DNA of 64,000 nt, from assembly GCF_009914755.1 (NCBI RefSeq), contig NC_060925.1; one strand, 5' to 3'. Origin of the DNA: the human T2T-CHM13v2.0 reference genome, Homo sapiens. The notes under the pieces were generated by a model that was given only the letters and a program-made list of their open reading frames with translations, was not told the DNA's origin and searched no databases. The position numbers and the translations under genes were made by a program. This document shows, piece after piece, positions 60,566 to 64,000 of this stretch. How positions within the stretch are numbered: the first letter of the stretch is position 1; each line of letters starts with the position of its first letter.

Positions 60566-61101
60566 TGTATCAGTTATCTATTGCTATGTAACAAATTACC
60601 TCAAAAATTAATGACTTAAAACAACAATAATTATTTCTCACAGCTTTCTTGAAACAAGAATTTGGGAGGGACTTGGCAGGCAGTTCTGGCTTAGTGCCTC
60701 TAAGAAGGCTGCAGTCAAGATGTCAGCCAGGAAGGACTGCAGTCATCTGAAAGCTTGATTAGGATAGAGAATCTACCTCAAAAGCGGCTCTTTCACATAG
60801 CTGGCAAGTTGGTGCTGGGTCTTTGCAGAAGACCTCAATTTTTCTCCATATGGCCTCTTTAAAGGACTACTAGAGTATCTTTCACAGAATGACAGCTGTT
60901 TTTCACCCAGAACAAGGGATTCAAAGAGCAAGGAAAAAACTGTATATATGGCTTTAATGACTTTTTAATAAAGTCACTATTAATTCTATTATATTCTCTT
61001 GGTCACGGAGACCAGCCTTGAGCAACTGGACAGCAACCATACAACGGTGTGAATAACAGGAGAAAAGGAACAAGGGGCCATCTTAGAGGCTGGCTACCAC
61101 A
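60566..61101 (-). mobile_element. MLT1 (F/G/H-like) MaLR LTR
   Basis: TGTATCAGTTATCTATTGCT..AACAAATTACC and GGCCATCTTAGAGGCTGGCTACCACA termini. Confidence 0.78.
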
Positions 61102-61756
61102 CCAAGCCATAGGCTCAGAATAAATCTTCAACCTACATCATCAACAAAGGATCAGTATACAGAATTTGTCAAGAATTCTTGTAAATCAAAACAAAAAATG
61201 TAAGCAATCTAAAGAAAAACATAAAACACATGGACAAATAATTCACAAAAGGAACATAAATAGCATATAATAAGCATTCAAATGTACTCATTAGTACCAT
61301 ATAGTGCATGCTATTTACTCATCACTGGGGCATAGGCTTTAAATATTTTTCTAAAAATGGTATATTTATGTTTATCCATCCTTGTTCTTTTTCCCACTTC
61401 CCCTTGAGTCAAATGGCTAGGGATAGATGTGCAATTTGTGGCCAAAGAAGAGACAGAGGTTAATTTATCTACCATCCTGAGCCCAATCTCTGAAGTTGGC
61501 TTAGATAGACTGTCATAAACATGAAAAAAATCAGTAGATCTATAGTGACCTATTTTTAGAAGTTTAACTTCAGTTAATAAGTACTTTCTTCATTTTTACA
61601 TTTTACTAAAGGGAGGCTTTTTCTGAACTGTTATGGGTACTCCAAAATGAAGAACTATAAATGTATAAATCTGCCACCTACTATCTTATGATCTGACATT
61701 CTTCCTACTGGCCCAAAGACTCTGAGACATTATCATGTTCTTAATGTCCTTTAACA

Positions 61757-64000
<2,244 letters not shown>

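Overview
Human (primate) genomic DNA. It has about 60 Alu pieces including a near-consensus AluYb8, plus an SVA and many old L1/L2/LTR/DNA-transposon remnants. The whole window lies inside TRIM33 (TIF1-gamma), which runs on the minus strand. Only three small coding exons are present (canonical exons 2-4: end of RING, B-box 1, B-box 2), clustered in 1.3 kb at 22793-24078 between two very long repeat-filled introns. The introns hold processed pseudogenes of RPL26 and EIF2S2, a Y1 RNA retrocopy, a degenerate ERVL provirus with pol motifs, solo LTRs (LTR8, MER21, LTR10, MSTA, MLT1) and Tigger/Charlie DNA transposons. I see no convincing new biological system. The best leads are: (1) exon 3 regenerates a strong 5' splice site after splicing (recursive-splicing candidate); (2) an SVA with a 26-nt 3' transduction that looks like HERV-H LTR7; (3) an LTR10 with a 28-bp AP-1 tandem array in intron 1; (4) an RPL26 retrocopy nested in LTR-in-LTR that appears to have captured promoter sequence; (5) several templated-insertion scars. 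Repeat subfamily names come from recall of consensus sequences, and old-repeat boundaries are approximate.
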